DNA of 64,000 bases from Candidatus Bathyarchaeia archaeon (GTDB taxonomy: Archaea; Thermoproteota; CALKCG01; B24): assembly GCA_038870975.1 (NCBI GenBank), contig JAVZJD010000001.1, positions 192,001-256,000 on the forward strand, written 5' to 3'. Shown here piece after piece: positions 1 through 9,955 of this stretch. Made by a program: the position numbers and the translations under genes. The first letter of the stretch is position 1. The number at the start of each line of letters is the position of its first letter. The notes under the pieces were generated by a model. That model saw nothing but the letters and a program-made list of their open reading frames with translations. It was not told the DNA's origin and did not search any database.

Positions 1-49
1 CATCTAAACCTAAAACTCTTAAGAAACCCTCTGAACCAGTTTTAGACAA
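1..49 (-). CDS. rpl4: 50S ribosomal protein uL4, N-terminal part (runs off window)
   Basis: TTG start at 49 preceded by GGTGGT SD; reads MSKTGSEGFLRVLGLD(G); lies directly downstream of rpl3 as in the conserved archaeal operon. Confidence 0.65.
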   Translation of the reverse strand, partial: MSKTGSEGFLRVLGLD

Positions 50-65
50 GAGCGACCACCCTTCA

Positions 66-1061
66 TTAGATTTTTATGTATGTTACTTGTGGCGGCGTTT
101 CGGGAGTACCCTTATGTAAACGTGCAGCTACTCTGAGTCTTACAAGTCTTTTAACAGGACCAGGCACGCTACCCTTAATTAAGATATAGTCTCCTCTAAT
201 TACACCGTATCTGGTAAAGCCACCCTCGGGTGTGATTTCCTCCCCCTTCACACCTATCTTTATGATGCGTTTATTATGTTCAATTCTCTGGAAGAAGCCT
301 AATTGACCCGCTCTCGGAACAGTATGTAAAACCATTGCTGGAGACCAAGGTCCTAGTGTACCAACCTTTCTAACGCCCTTCCTCGACTTGTGAGGACGAC
401 GTTTTACACCCCACCTTTTTATAACTCCTTGAAAGCCTTTACCCTTAGAAACTGCTGAAACGTCGACATACATTCCCTCTTTTAAGATGCTTCCAGCCCT
501 GATTTCTTTGCCGAGGATGCTTAGACAGTATTCTAGCCTTTCTTCTATAGAACCCCCTCCGACGCCTATCTCAAATAGTTCAGGCGTCTTTTTTCTAAGA
601 CCTGAAAGCCGAGGTTGAGTACAAACTAGAACTCTTATTTCTGATACCTTATCAAGATTGCTTTTAATCTTTTTGATCATCTCATCGGTGTTGAATTTCT
701 CGGGAATTGTAAGAACTCTTTCGATATCTTTGGGAGGCTTTTCAACCCATATTTCGCTAAGTGTCTTTAAACCATAGGGAGTAGTTTCATAACATCTTAT
801 GGCAATTACATATAGTGGAGGAGCATCCAAAACTGTTACGGGAATGAGTACCTCTTTACCATAATGTGGAGAGCCACGTGTATCATCAATAATTGACACA
901 TGAGTCATACCTGCTTTGTAGCCAGCAAAACCAAGCAATCTGGGCTTATCATACAGTACACTAGGCCAAAAACTGATTCTCCCAACCATCGACCTAGCCC
1001 TAACTTTAGGAATATATGCTAATGAACCTCTCTTCGGTGCCTTTTTTTTCCTACGACCCAT
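66..1061 (-). CDS. rpl3: 50S ribosomal protein uL3 (archaeal type)
   Basis: PKRGSLAY, GFAGYKAGMTH, KGKGFQGVIKRWG, KGSVPGP motifs. Confidence 0.98.
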   Translation of the reverse strand: MGRRKKKAPKRGSLAYIPKVRARSMVGRISFWPSVLYDKPRLLGFAGYKAGMTHVSIIDDTRGSPHYGKEVLIPVTVLDAPPLYVIAIRCYETTPYGLKTLSEIWVEKPPKDIERVLTIPEKFNTDEMIKKIKSNLDKVSEIRVLVCTQPRLSGLRKKTPELFEIGVGGGSIEERLEYCLSILGKEIRAGSILKEGMYVDVSAVSKGKGFQGVIKRWGVKRRPHKSRKGVRKVGTLGPWSPAMVLHTVPRAGQLGFFQRIEHNKRIIKIGVKGEEITPEGGFTRYGVIRGDYILIKGSVPGPVKRLVRLRVAARLHKGTPETPPQVTYIKI

Positions 1062-1304
1062 CCACTAACCCTCGTTCTAAAGAGATACGTGAGAACACAA
1101 CTAGAAGAATTTAAATAAAAGGTTTTCGTCGACTATTCCCACCTTAATATAAACATCTAACCCTCTTCTCAAGAGAGAGTTTAAACTCTATGTCTTAGAT
1201 ATCTTTATGAGAAATTCCTTTTCCTAAGAATTTTAACCCCAGTTTCCACTATGGATATAATAAAATATTTTATCCAGTTGAAGGTTTTAATATTGATTGC
1301 GTAT

Positions 1305-3902
1305 ATGAATCGACTTATCGTTTATGAGGATAGAAAAACCTGGCAAATATCGTTTCCTTTAGGCGGTATTGGAACTGGTTGCATAGGTTTGGCTGGGAAC
1401 GGGAGATTAATAGACTGGGAGATCTTTAATAGACCCAATAAAGGAGGATTAAACGGATTTTCACATTTTGCTATAAAAGCTGAATCCGATGGAAAAGTGG
1501 TAGACGCTAGAATTTTAAATGGTGACTTGCCACCTCCTTATAATGGAGAGTTCTCTAAACCGCTATTTCAATCATTTGGCTTTGGTCCTCCTAGGGAATA
1601 TATGGCTGGTTTTCCCCACTTCAAGAAAACTAGATTTGAAGGGAGTTTTCCAATAGCGAAAATTGCATTTGAAGACGACAACTTCCCAGGAGAGGTGGAA
1701 ATGACGGCATTCAATCCATTTATTCCACTTAATGATAAAGATTCTAGCTTACCAGCAGCATTCTTTGAATTCAGAATACATAATCCAACCGAGGAAAGAA
1801 TAGCTTATACACTTTGCCTCTCCATCAAAAATCCACTATCTCCAGGTACGACGATAAATACATACGGCGAAGAAGCGGATGTTAAATTCATAAGACTTAG
1901 CTCATCAATACTTAAGGAAGATGACTTAAACTATGGTAATTTAACCATAGCTACAGATGCCTCAGATGTAAGTTATCAAGAGTACTGGTATCGCGGGTCG
2001 TGGTTCGATGAATTAGCCGTATATTGGAGAGATTTCTCCTCACCTGGTAGATTTAGAAATAGACGTTACGATAAATGTAAACCTAACGTTCAAGACCACT
2101 GTTCACTTGCAACCCATTTTCAAGTGAATCCACGCGAAGAAGAAAGCATTAGGTTCATAATAAGTTGGTTCTTCCCGAATTGCTACAATTATTGGAATCC
2201 TGACGAAGAGGGAAAAGTTAAGACTTGGAAGAACTACTACGCCACAGTTTTTAAAGACTCTACAGAAGTAGCCATATACGGACTTAAAAACTGGGTCAGA
2301 CTCTACGGTGAAACGTTAGAATTTAAAGAGGCATTATTCTCCTCAACATTTCCCATTTTCGTAATAGATGCTATATCCGCAAACATTTCCATTTTGAAGA
2401 CTCCAACACTACTACGTTTAGAAGATGGATCGTTATACGGATTTGAAGGGTGTCATCCGTCGTCCGGATGTTGTGAAGGAAGTTGTATGCACGTATGGAA
2501 CTATGCAGTTGCTACAGCTTACTTATTTCCCAACCTCGAACGTTCCATGTTAAACCTCTACTTTAAGTACTGTCAACGTGAAGACGGGAAACTTAGTTTT
2601 CGCCTTCAACTTCCCCTAGGTAGAGGATTATGGAAGTTTCCACACGCAGCAGTAGATGGACAGTTTGGTTGTGTAATTAGAACTTACAGACTCTGGAAAA
2701 TTTTAGGAGATGACCTTTGGTTGAAATCCATATGGGTCAATATTAAGAAAGCAATTGAATACGCTTGGGCTGAAACAAATGAAGATAGGTGGGATTTAAA
2801 CAGAGATGGTGTAATTGAAGGAAGACAACATCATACGCTAGATATGGAGCTTTTCGGTCCGAACTCATGGCTCACTGGGTTCTATCTTGCAGCTCTTAAA
2901 GCAGGGGCTGAAATGGCTAAATATTTGGGAGAAGAAGATAAAGCTGAAGAATATTTCAAAATGTTCATTAAGGGAAGGGAGTGGGTGGACCGGAATCTCT
3001 TTAATGGAGAGTACTATTGTCAGCTTATAGACCTAAACGATAGGAATATTCTTGAGAGATTTAAACAGGTAGATGAGAAAGTTGTAGAGACTTATTGGGA
3101 TGATGAACATTGTGAAATTAAGTATCAGATAGGTGAAGGTTGTGAAATAGATCAGGTTGTTGCCCAGTGGCATGCAAACATATCAGGACTTGGAGAGATT
3201 TTTGATAGGTCAAAAGTTAGAAAAGCGCTTGAAGCCATATACAGACACAATTTTAAAGAGGGCTTAAGAAAATTTGTAAATCCATGCCGTATATTCAGTT
3301 TAAACGACGAGGCGGGCGTTGTTATATGCGAGTGGCCTAGGGAGAAGCGTAAACCTGTAATACCAGTACCCTATGCTGAAGAGACTATGAGTGGATTTGA
3401 ATATGCTGTTTCAAGTCACATGATACAGGAGGGACTAGTCGAAGAGGGATTACGTATAGTGAAGGCTATTAGAGATAGATATGATGGAGAAAAGCGAAAC
3501 CCTTGGAATGAGTTTGAATGTGGGAGTAATTACGTTCGTTCTATGGCGTCTTACGCTCTTCTATTGGCTTTAAGCGGGTTTGAATACAACTTAGTTAGGG
3601 GGTACATTGCTTTTAATCCACGCATTAATGAGAATGGTAGATTTAGATGTTTCTGGTCCCTTGGATGTGGATGGGGAATTTTTGAATCAAATACATCTCA
3701 AGTTTTAATCCAGGTTAAATATGGACAGCTGAAACTCAGGGTATTAAAGTTTCCATTTCTAAAGGGGCGTAAAATCAAGTCCGTCTTAGTGGATGGGACA
3801 ACCGTCAAATTCAAAGAAGAAAACATGGAGATAGTACTGGATAAAGTATACCCCGTTTACAGAGAGCTTGTTATTCAATTCTTAACTAAAGAGTTAGGCT
3901 AA
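1305..3902 (+). CDS. GH116 family glycoside hydrolase (non-lysosomal glucosylceramidase-like)
   Basis: FPLGGIGTG, DWEIFNRP, FEGC...CEGSCMHVWNY, QHHTLD, NPWNEFECGSNY motifs; ATG 1305 preferred over 1251. Confidence 0.9.
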   Translation: MNRLIVYEDRKTWQISFPLGGIGTGCIGLAGNGRLIDWEIFNRPNKGGLNGFSHFAIKAESDGKVVDARILNGDLPPPYNGEFSKPLFQSFGFGPPREYMAGFPHFKKTRFEGSFPIAKIAFEDDNFPGEVEMTAFNPFIPLNDKDSSLPAAFFEFRIHNPTEERIAYTLCLSIKNPLSPGTTINTYGEEADVKFIRLSSSILKEDDLNYGNLTIATDASDVSYQEYWYRGSWFDELAVYWRDFSSPGRFRNRRYDKCKPNVQDHCSLATHFQVNPREEESIRFIISWFFPNCYNYWNPDEEGKVKTWKNYYATVFKDSTEVAIYGLKNWVRLYGETLEFKEALFSSTFPIFVIDAISANISILKTPTLLRLEDGSLYGFEGCHPSSGCCEGSCMHVWNYAVATAYLFPNLERSMLNLYFKYCQREDGKLSFRLQLPLGRGLWKFPHAAVDGQFGCVIRTYRLWKILGDDLWLKSIWVNIKKAIEYAWAETNEDRWDLNRDGVIEGRQHHTLDMELFGPNSWLTGFYLAALKAGAEMAKYLGEEDKAEEYFKMFIKGREWVDRNLFNGEYYCQLIDLNDRNILERFKQVDEKVVETYWDDEHCEIKYQIGEGCEIDQVVAQWHANISGLGEIFDRSKVRKALEAIYRHNFKEGLRKFVNPCRIFSLNDEAGVVICEWPREKRKPVIPVPYAEETMSGFEYAVSSHMIQEGLVEEGLRIVKAIRDRYDGEKRNPWNEFECGSNYVRSMASYALLLALSGFEYNLVRGYIAFNPRINENGRFRCFWSLGCGWGIFESNTSQVLIQVKYGQLKLRVLKFPFLKGRKIKSVLVDGTTVKFKEENMEIVLDKVYPVYRELVIQFLTKELG

Positions 3903-4817
3903 ACCCTCTATCTTTCTGAGTTCAGGATGATCCATCTCCTCATTTTGATACGCGTACGTGAAATCTTTGAGGCTCGTTGCAGCACCTACTAAACCCTTGT
4001 TATTTAACGCTAAAACCGCTATACCATTCTGAAAATTCCTACGATAGAGGGTTTCATGAATAGCTTTCTCACAAGCTTCTTGTGGATCTAATCCCATACC
4101 CATAAGGTCGCATACTCTCTTTGAGAGACAGTAATTCATAGCTATTTCGCCAACTCCGGTTGTAACGGCTCCACCTATCCTATTGTCAACGTATATACCA
4201 GCACCTATTATAGCAGAATCTCCAACTCTACCTGGCAATTTCATGAATAACCCAGTTGTGGAATTCCCTGCCGCCATGCAACCTTGTGCATCTAAAGCTA
4301 TGACGCTTACAGTGCCTTTCCAAGAAGTTCTCATAACCCTGAGAATCTTACCATAAAATGAGTCCTTCTCCAATGGTTCGTGTTTAACCTTCTCAAGTGT
4401 TTCCACAAACTTTTCTCTTACGCTAGGCTTCCAGAAAGATTCCCGTTTAAAACCGCATTTTAAAGCAAATTCTAAAGCACCTTCACCTACAAGGAGTATA
4501 TGCGGCGTAAGCTCCATAACCTTTCTAGCAACAGATATTGGATGCCTTATATGTTTTAAAGCCCCTACAGCGCCGCATTTAAGGGTCTTACCGTCCATTA
4601 TGGACGCATCCAACTCCACCTCACCCTTGAAATTCGGAAGCCCACCTAAGCCGACAGTTAAAACTTCTAAATCGTCTTCTACTACTTTTATGGCTTCTTC
4701 AATTGCGTCAAGGGCTGAACCCCCAGACTTTAAAACAGCAAATCCTTTTGCGACTGCTTTAAATCCGAAATCCCATGTAGCTACTACGGCTTGTTTCATC
4801 GTAATCTGAAAAACCAT
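3894..4817 (-). CDS. Ntn-hydrolase asparaginase 2 family (glycosylasparaginase / isoaspartyl peptidase)
   Basis: ATWDFG N-terminus, VGLGGLPN, ELDASIMDG, GT nucleophile site, KLPGRVGDS, TGVGE. Confidence 0.88.
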   Translation of the reverse strand: MVFQITMKQAVVATWDFGFKAVAKGFAVLKSGGSALDAIEEAIKVVEDDLEVLTVGLGGLPNFKGEVELDASIMDGKTLKCGAVGALKHIRHPISVARKVMELTPHILLVGEGALEFALKCGFKRESFWKPSVREKFVETLEKVKHEPLEKDSFYGKILRVMRTSWKGTVSVIALDAQGCMAAGNSTTGLFMKLPGRVGDSAIIGAGIYVDNRIGGAVTTGVGEIAMNYCLSKRVCDLMGMGLDPQEACEKAIHETLYRRNFQNGIAVLALNNKGLVGAATSLKDFTYAYQNEEMDHPELRKIEGLA

Positions 4818-4842
4818 TTAAACATATTCAGCCTTTTTAAAT

Positions 4843-5808
4843 TTGAGCTTGACTCTTAAGATTCCTAACATAGTATTAGGAGCACAACCTCTACTTGGAG
4901 AATCTTACCAGGGTGAGGAAAAGAATAGAATTTACAAGGCTAGATTTTCGAACGTACAATATACAGTTAAACTTTTACGTAAGGCGTATGAGTACGGTTT
5001 AAACACAATATCTATTATGAGTTTATTGGATAGCGAATTATTCAAGAAGCTTTTAGAGGCCATAAGAATTCTTAAGCGGCAGGGTATTATTTTCCAAGTT
5101 GCACCATGTATAAGTATACCGTTAAGACTTGGAAATTATCCTGTTGATGACTACAGAAGGTGGCTTACTTATTTCCACTATGAGTGCAGATTTTGCGATC
5201 CAAATGAACTAAAGGAGAAGTACTTGAATGACCCTATTCTACTAACAAGGCCAAAGTGGAGAGAGAACTTCCTCCGTATGCTAAAAGAAGGAGAACCATA
5301 TAGGCAGGAAGAGTATGAGAAGATTACAGTTGATTTTAAACTGTTGGAAAGTAAAATTGCTGTCTTTGAAGAATTCGAAAAAGCGTTCATAAATTTAGGT
5401 TCTGAATGCGACTTCTTAGCTATAGCGGGTAGATTGGATATTCTAAACACGATAATTGAATCGTTGAAGGCTAAAGGTTTTAGCTACATCTTTATATCTT
5501 CCCACCATGCTGGGTCTACGATACCGATTATTGAAAACTCGAATTTAAAAGTGGAGGGATATACGACTCCTGTAAACGCCATAGGCGCTTTAATGCTTCC
5601 AACATATGACGAGGCGATGAAAGCCATTAGACCCGTCGCTGAGAAAATAATAGCCATTAAACCTTTAGCGGGAGGAAGGGTGAATCCATATGTAGCTTTC
5701 ACTTTCCTCGTCAATAATAAGATTGAACATTTTATGCTGGGAATGGCTTCATTCGAAGAGCTTAAAGCAGATTTGGAAGCCGCTAGACGTATATTTCAAA
5801 ACACTTAG
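4843..5808 (+). CDS. hypothetical protein, aldo/keto-reductase-like TIM barrel
   Basis: 321-aa ORF; IAIKPLAGGR and LGMASFEEL resemble the AKR-like C-terminus. Confidence 0.55.
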   Translation: MSLTLKIPNIVLGAQPLLGESYQGEEKNRIYKARFSNVQYTVKLLRKAYEYGLNTISIMSLLDSELFKKLLEAIRILKRQGIIFQVAPCISIPLRLGNYPVDDYRRWLTYFHYECRFCDPNELKEKYLNDPILLTRPKWRENFLRMLKEGEPYRQEEYEKITVDFKLLESKIAVFEEFEKAFINLGSECDFLAIAGRLDILNTIIESLKAKGFSYIFISSHHAGSTIPIIENSNLKVEGYTTPVNAIGALMLPTYDEAMKAIRPVAEKIIAIKPLAGGRVNPYVAFTFLVNNKIEHFMLGMASFEELKADLEAARRIFQNT

Positions 5809-5964
5809 ATAGTCTAAGTTTACGCTTTGGAGTTAATTCATTTCCCTCAGAGGTTTTAACGAGTATGATTTTTACGTGTAAGCTTAGATAGGAACTTCTC
5901 CTAGAAACTTTTAAAGGTTGGATTGTTGTTCTAGGCATAGGTTTGAACATAAGCTTGTAGGAAG

Positions 5965-6705
5965 ATGGTGGCATTGAATAGCGCAAAGACCGTTCTAATC
6001 GAGCTCATAAACGTTTGTAAAGAGTATAGAGTGGAAGAAGTGATTACGACAGCTCTTAAGGATGTAAATTTTATAGTACGCGGGGGGGACTTAGTCGCGA
6101 TAATGGGTCCATCTGGTTCTGGCAAAACAACACTCCTTAACATGATAGGACTCTTAGATAGACCTACTAGTGGGACAATTATCTTCGACGGCCAAGATAC
6201 CTCAAAGTTAAGCGATAAGGAACTTGCAAACCTGAGGAATACAAAGCTTGGTTTCGTATTCCAAACCTTTAATCTAATCAACAGACTGACGGTTTTTGAA
6301 AATATAGAACTTCCATTAATACCTAGAGGTACTCCAAGAAATGTGAGGGCTGAAATGGTTAAAGAGGCTCTAGTGAAAGTCGGAGGTGAACTAGACTGGT
6401 TGAAGAAGAAGCCCAATCAACTTTCCGGAGGACAACAGCAGAGAGTTGCTATTGCAAGAGCCATTGTGGGAAGACCTACAGTAATACTTGCAGATGAACC
6501 GACTGGGAATCTAGATAGGATGTCAGCGAAGATAGTCATCAAAACTCTTTTAGAGCTGAATAAAGAAGGACATACGATTGTAATTGTAACACATGACCCA
6601 GAAGTTGCAAATTGCACACAGAAAATCTATGTGATTAGGGATGGAACCATTGTTAACGAATATGAGCCTAATCCAGACGAATCTCTTATTAAGAAGTTGC
6701 CGTAG
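5965..6705 (+). CDS. ABC transporter ATP-binding protein (LolD/MacB-like)
   Basis: GPSGSGKTT, LSGGQQQR, ILADEPTGNLD, VTHD. Confidence 0.95.
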   Translation: MVALNSAKTVLIELINVCKEYRVEEVITTALKDVNFIVRGGDLVAIMGPSGSGKTTLLNMIGLLDRPTSGTIIFDGQDTSKLSDKELANLRNTKLGFVFQTFNLINRLTVFENIELPLIPRGTPRNVRAEMVKEALVKVGGELDWLKKKPNQLSGGQQQRVAIARAIVGRPTVILADEPTGNLDRMSAKIVIKTLLELNKEGHTIVIVTHDPEVANCTQKIYVIRDGTIVNEYEPNPDESLIKKLP

Positions 6706-6745
6706 GATAAAATTAGTATTCCAACTGCCTAGAGGTGTATAGAAT

Positions 6746-9700
6746 TTGGGAGAGAAATCTACGAAACTGAATTTAATCTCTACGTTGTTTTTAACGACAC
6801 TAGTGTTAACGAGTATTACTTCTCTTAAAACAGATATACATTGTCAGCAGACTGTGTTCAATGTAATTGGAGTAAATGTTAAATCATCCTCAGGTTCATC
6901 AACCATATATCCTGGAAGTAGAAGAGTCAGCTTGAGGATTGAAACAGTCTACCTTGGTGCCGACATAGTAGAGGCAGTAGTAGGATATTTGAAGACTCCC
7001 ATAGGTATAGAGTTTAGTGCTGGAAGCGGTTCATTAGCAGTGGCAAAATTTTTAAATGGTTCCTTTGCATACAGGGTTGCAACTGGAGATTATATAACTT
7101 TCGATTACCTACTAGACATATCAAATTCACTACAACCTAAAACATATGATCTAACTTTGAATATAACCTACCGTTTTGGTCCGCATATTCTATTCGAGGA
7201 GCATAGTATAACTATTCGCATCTCCAGCTATCCCGCTATTTTATTGAGAACCGTCGACGCGTATTTGTCACCAGCCGCCTATCCAGGCTCAAGTGATACA
7301 AACTTCTACATCATGCTGGAGAATGCTGGTGACTCTGCAATAAATTCGGCAAATTTCTATCTTTCAATGCCAAAGGGTTTTACAATAGACAATCCAAGAG
7401 CGACTGTTGGACTGATTAATAAAGGTGAAAGATTTACTCTAACGTTTTCAGGTGTTTCAATACCAATTGGAGCATCAACGGGTACTTACGAAGCTGAAGT
7501 CCATGTGGATGCAAGCATGAGGACGGAAGACGGCGTTACGTATAACGAGGAATCAAAATTCAACGTACAGTTCATTATAACAAGTCCTCCACGTGAAGAC
7601 CCGATACTGATTTCATACATTTCCGTTATGTATCAAGGCAGGGCGGCTCCGCTACTCCCATCAGCAAGAGGAGTCACCATTAGAATTGGTTTAATTAACA
7701 GACTTTCTGACGTTTTAAGCGCTATGAGTATTACTCCCATACTTCCAGATGGAGTAAAGGCAACATCCATCTCTGGAACATACGCCAACGGAATGGGTGC
7801 TGGAGGCTCTTCTTTTATAGACATTACAGTTGATGTGGATCCTAATATAAAACCTGGTCAGTATGATGGTTGGTTAAGTATATCGTATGTTAAAATTGTT
7901 TCCGGAGCTTCCTTCATAGGGTATCAGAACTTGAGGTTTCAAATAGTCGTTGAGAGCTATCATAGCTATGTGCCAGAGCTCGCCATTTCATCTGCCTACT
8001 GGGGTACTCCGAGTCCAAACCCAGTATATGAAAATTCTCGGTATATTCCGTTAACTTTGAGTTTTCTCAACGAAGGACGCTATGATGTAGTTGGAGGTTT
8101 TGTTAACGTAAGCTCAGAATATTTAAGGACTATTAAAGGTTCGGAAACCCTACCGAGCAGGTTAACGCCCGGGTCTTCTGCATCTATCACCTTATACTTC
8201 GACGTAAATACTTCCGTTGAATCTATACCTATTGAAATCTCTGTGGACTACATTTTCGATGAATTCGGTACACATATGGAAGTAAGCCGCAGATTCGTAA
8301 TAATTCTTCCAGTCGAAAAATACCCAGCTTCAGATAGTAAGCTTTCAATAGTCAACTATGGCTGGCAGAACAATTACAGTGTTTTCCCCAGAACAGATAA
8401 TGCAACATATCAAGTGACTATTGCAAATCGAACGCCATTCTCCATAAGTGGTATAAACCTCATACTGAGGCTACCTAAAGGTATGACTTCAAACGGAGGG
8501 AGTGATGCCAATGCCTATGTTGAAGGACCCATAAGAAGTTTAAGCACTTTTTCCGCTTCATTTACAATCTCCGTCGGAGAAGTCCAGCCTGGAAAATATA
8601 GTGGGACTTTGATAGCGGATTTTATGATTTTATCTGGCGGGCCTGGAGTCAGATGTGTTGAAGAGTACAATTTATCTATAAATGTGCTTGATGATAGTCA
8701 AGCGGTTGAGTTTCTAGACAGTAGATGGTATGAGGGGGCGGTCGGACCCAATACCTATGGTGCACATTTGATTATCTCCATGAGAAACAACTACGTAGAT
8801 AGTATGAGAGGCGTCGTTTTAGAATTGAATCTGCCTAATGGCATATTCAATTCGCATGACAACTCATCTTACGTTAAAGTTACTCCGATATCTGTAGGAG
8901 CCACTGGTCTGAATCTGCAGGGACAAATTTCAACTCTAGAGGAGCTCTTAAAAATCTACCAAACTGGAATGCCTCAAAGTTTTTCGAGGGGTGACTTTTT
9001 AATATTCACCATTAATGTTAATATATTTGATTTGAACGTTGGACAGTACATTGCCAAAGGCGGAGTCTCTTACGTGGATCAATGGGGTACTAGAAGGACG
9101 GTGAATATTTCAATTCCAATTACGATTCTAGGAGGGACGAAGTATGTCGAAGTTTATATGAACGGAAGCTTAAACGTGAAAAAACGTTTTACAAATGCGT
9201 CGTTAACATTAGTGAACGTGGGGAGTTCCCCAATGTATAATGTCTATGTAGCAATATTGCCATACCAAGGAGCCGCTATTCTAATACCATCTCCTTCGAT
9301 GGTTTACGTTGAGTATATTGCTCCGAATAGTAAACATGAAATACCAATTACATTAGCGTACAATCCTCTGGGTTCAATAACACAGGCTGGAGGGACAGCT
9401 GTGATCACTTATGGTCCTGTTACATTTAGAATTTCGGTGATTTACAGAGATGCGAGCGGTACTCTTAAAAGTTTTAACAATACTGTGACTGTCATAGTCG
9501 AGCCATTTATAGACCTTCAGATAAGGGAAGTTAAAGCAACTGGGACGGCTTCGACTTCAACAGTTTCAGGTGTTGTTGTAAATTACGGTTCAGCTACAGC
9601 CTATAGAGTTGAGGCTAGCTTTATCGTCAACAATATAAGTAGGTCGACGATTGTTGGAGATGTAGACCCAGGTTCGGAAGTAGCCTTTAGAATAGATATC

Positions 9701-9955
9701 CCAGCTTATAATGAAACGGGAGTGCTACGGATAAGGTATTACAACATTTTCAATGAGTTAACCTCTATTGATACAATTGTAAGAATAGTTCTACGTGAAG
9801 AGGCTATTACACCAGCAGTCCAAGGTGGAGGAGTTGGTGTTGAAACTTGGATAATAGTAGTAGCTGTGACAATATTTTTGACCATTTCAGCACTCCTAAT
9901 ATACAGGTTTTTAAAAGTCCATTCAACTAGTAGAGTTCAACGGGATGCTCGATGA
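6746..9955 (+). CDS. large membrane-anchored surface protein (COG1361 S-layer-domain-like)
   Basis: Signal peptide, repeated beta-rich Ig-like modules (N.G...A motifs), C-terminal TM helix plus basic tail; lies between ABC ATPase and permease. Confidence 0.75.
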   Translation: MGEKSTKLNLISTLFLTTLVLTSITSLKTDIHCQQTVFNVIGVNVKSSSGSSTIYPGSRRVSLRIETVYLGADIVEAVVGYLKTPIGIEFSAGSGSLAVAKFLNGSFAYRVATGDYITFDYLLDISNSLQPKTYDLTLNITYRFGPHILFEEHSITIRISSYPAILLRTVDAYLSPAAYPGSSDTNFYIMLENAGDSAINSANFYLSMPKGFTIDNPRATVGLINKGERFTLTFSGVSIPIGASTGTYEAEVHVDASMRTEDGVTYNEESKFNVQFIITSPPREDPILISYISVMYQGRAAPLLPSARGVTIRIGLINRLSDVLSAMSITPILPDGVKATSISGTYANGMGAGGSSFIDITVDVDPNIKPGQYDGWLSISYVKIVSGASFIGYQNLRFQIVVESYHSYVPELAISSAYWGTPSPNPVYENSRYIPLTLSFLNEGRYDVVGGFVNVSSEYLRTIKGSETLPSRLTPGSSASITLYFDVNTSVESIPIEISVDYIFDEFGTHMEVSRRFVIILPVEKYPASDSKLSIVNYGWQNNYSVFPRTDNATYQVTIANRTPFSISGINLILRLPKGMTSNGGSDANAYVEGPIRSLSTFSASFTISVGEVQPGKYSGTLIADFMILSGGPGVRCVEEYNLSINVLDDSQAVEFLDSRWYEGAVGPNTYGAHLIISMRNNYVDSMRGVVLELNLPNGIFNSHDNSSYVKVTPISVGATGLNLQGQISTLEELLKIYQTGMPQSFSRGDFLIFTINVNIFDLNVGQYIAKGGVSYVDQWGTRRTVNISIPITILGGTKYVEVYMNGSLNVKKRFTNASLTLVNVGSSPMYNVYVAILPYQGAAILIPSPSMVYVEYIAPNSKHEIPITLAYNPLGSITQAGGTAVITYGPVTFRISVIYRDASGTLKSFNNTVTVIVEPFIDLQIREVKATGTASTSTVSGVVVNYGSATAYRVEASFIVNNISRSTIVGDVDPGSEVAFRIDIPAYNETGVLRIRYYNIFNELTSIDTIVRIVLREEAITPAVQGGGVGVETWIIVVAVTIFLTISALLIYRFLKVHSTSRVQRDAR

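Noticed and set aside
1260-1273. ATAAAATATTTTAT palindrome upstream of GH116
   Set aside because: Pure A/T palindrome in AT-rich DNA; plausible by chance
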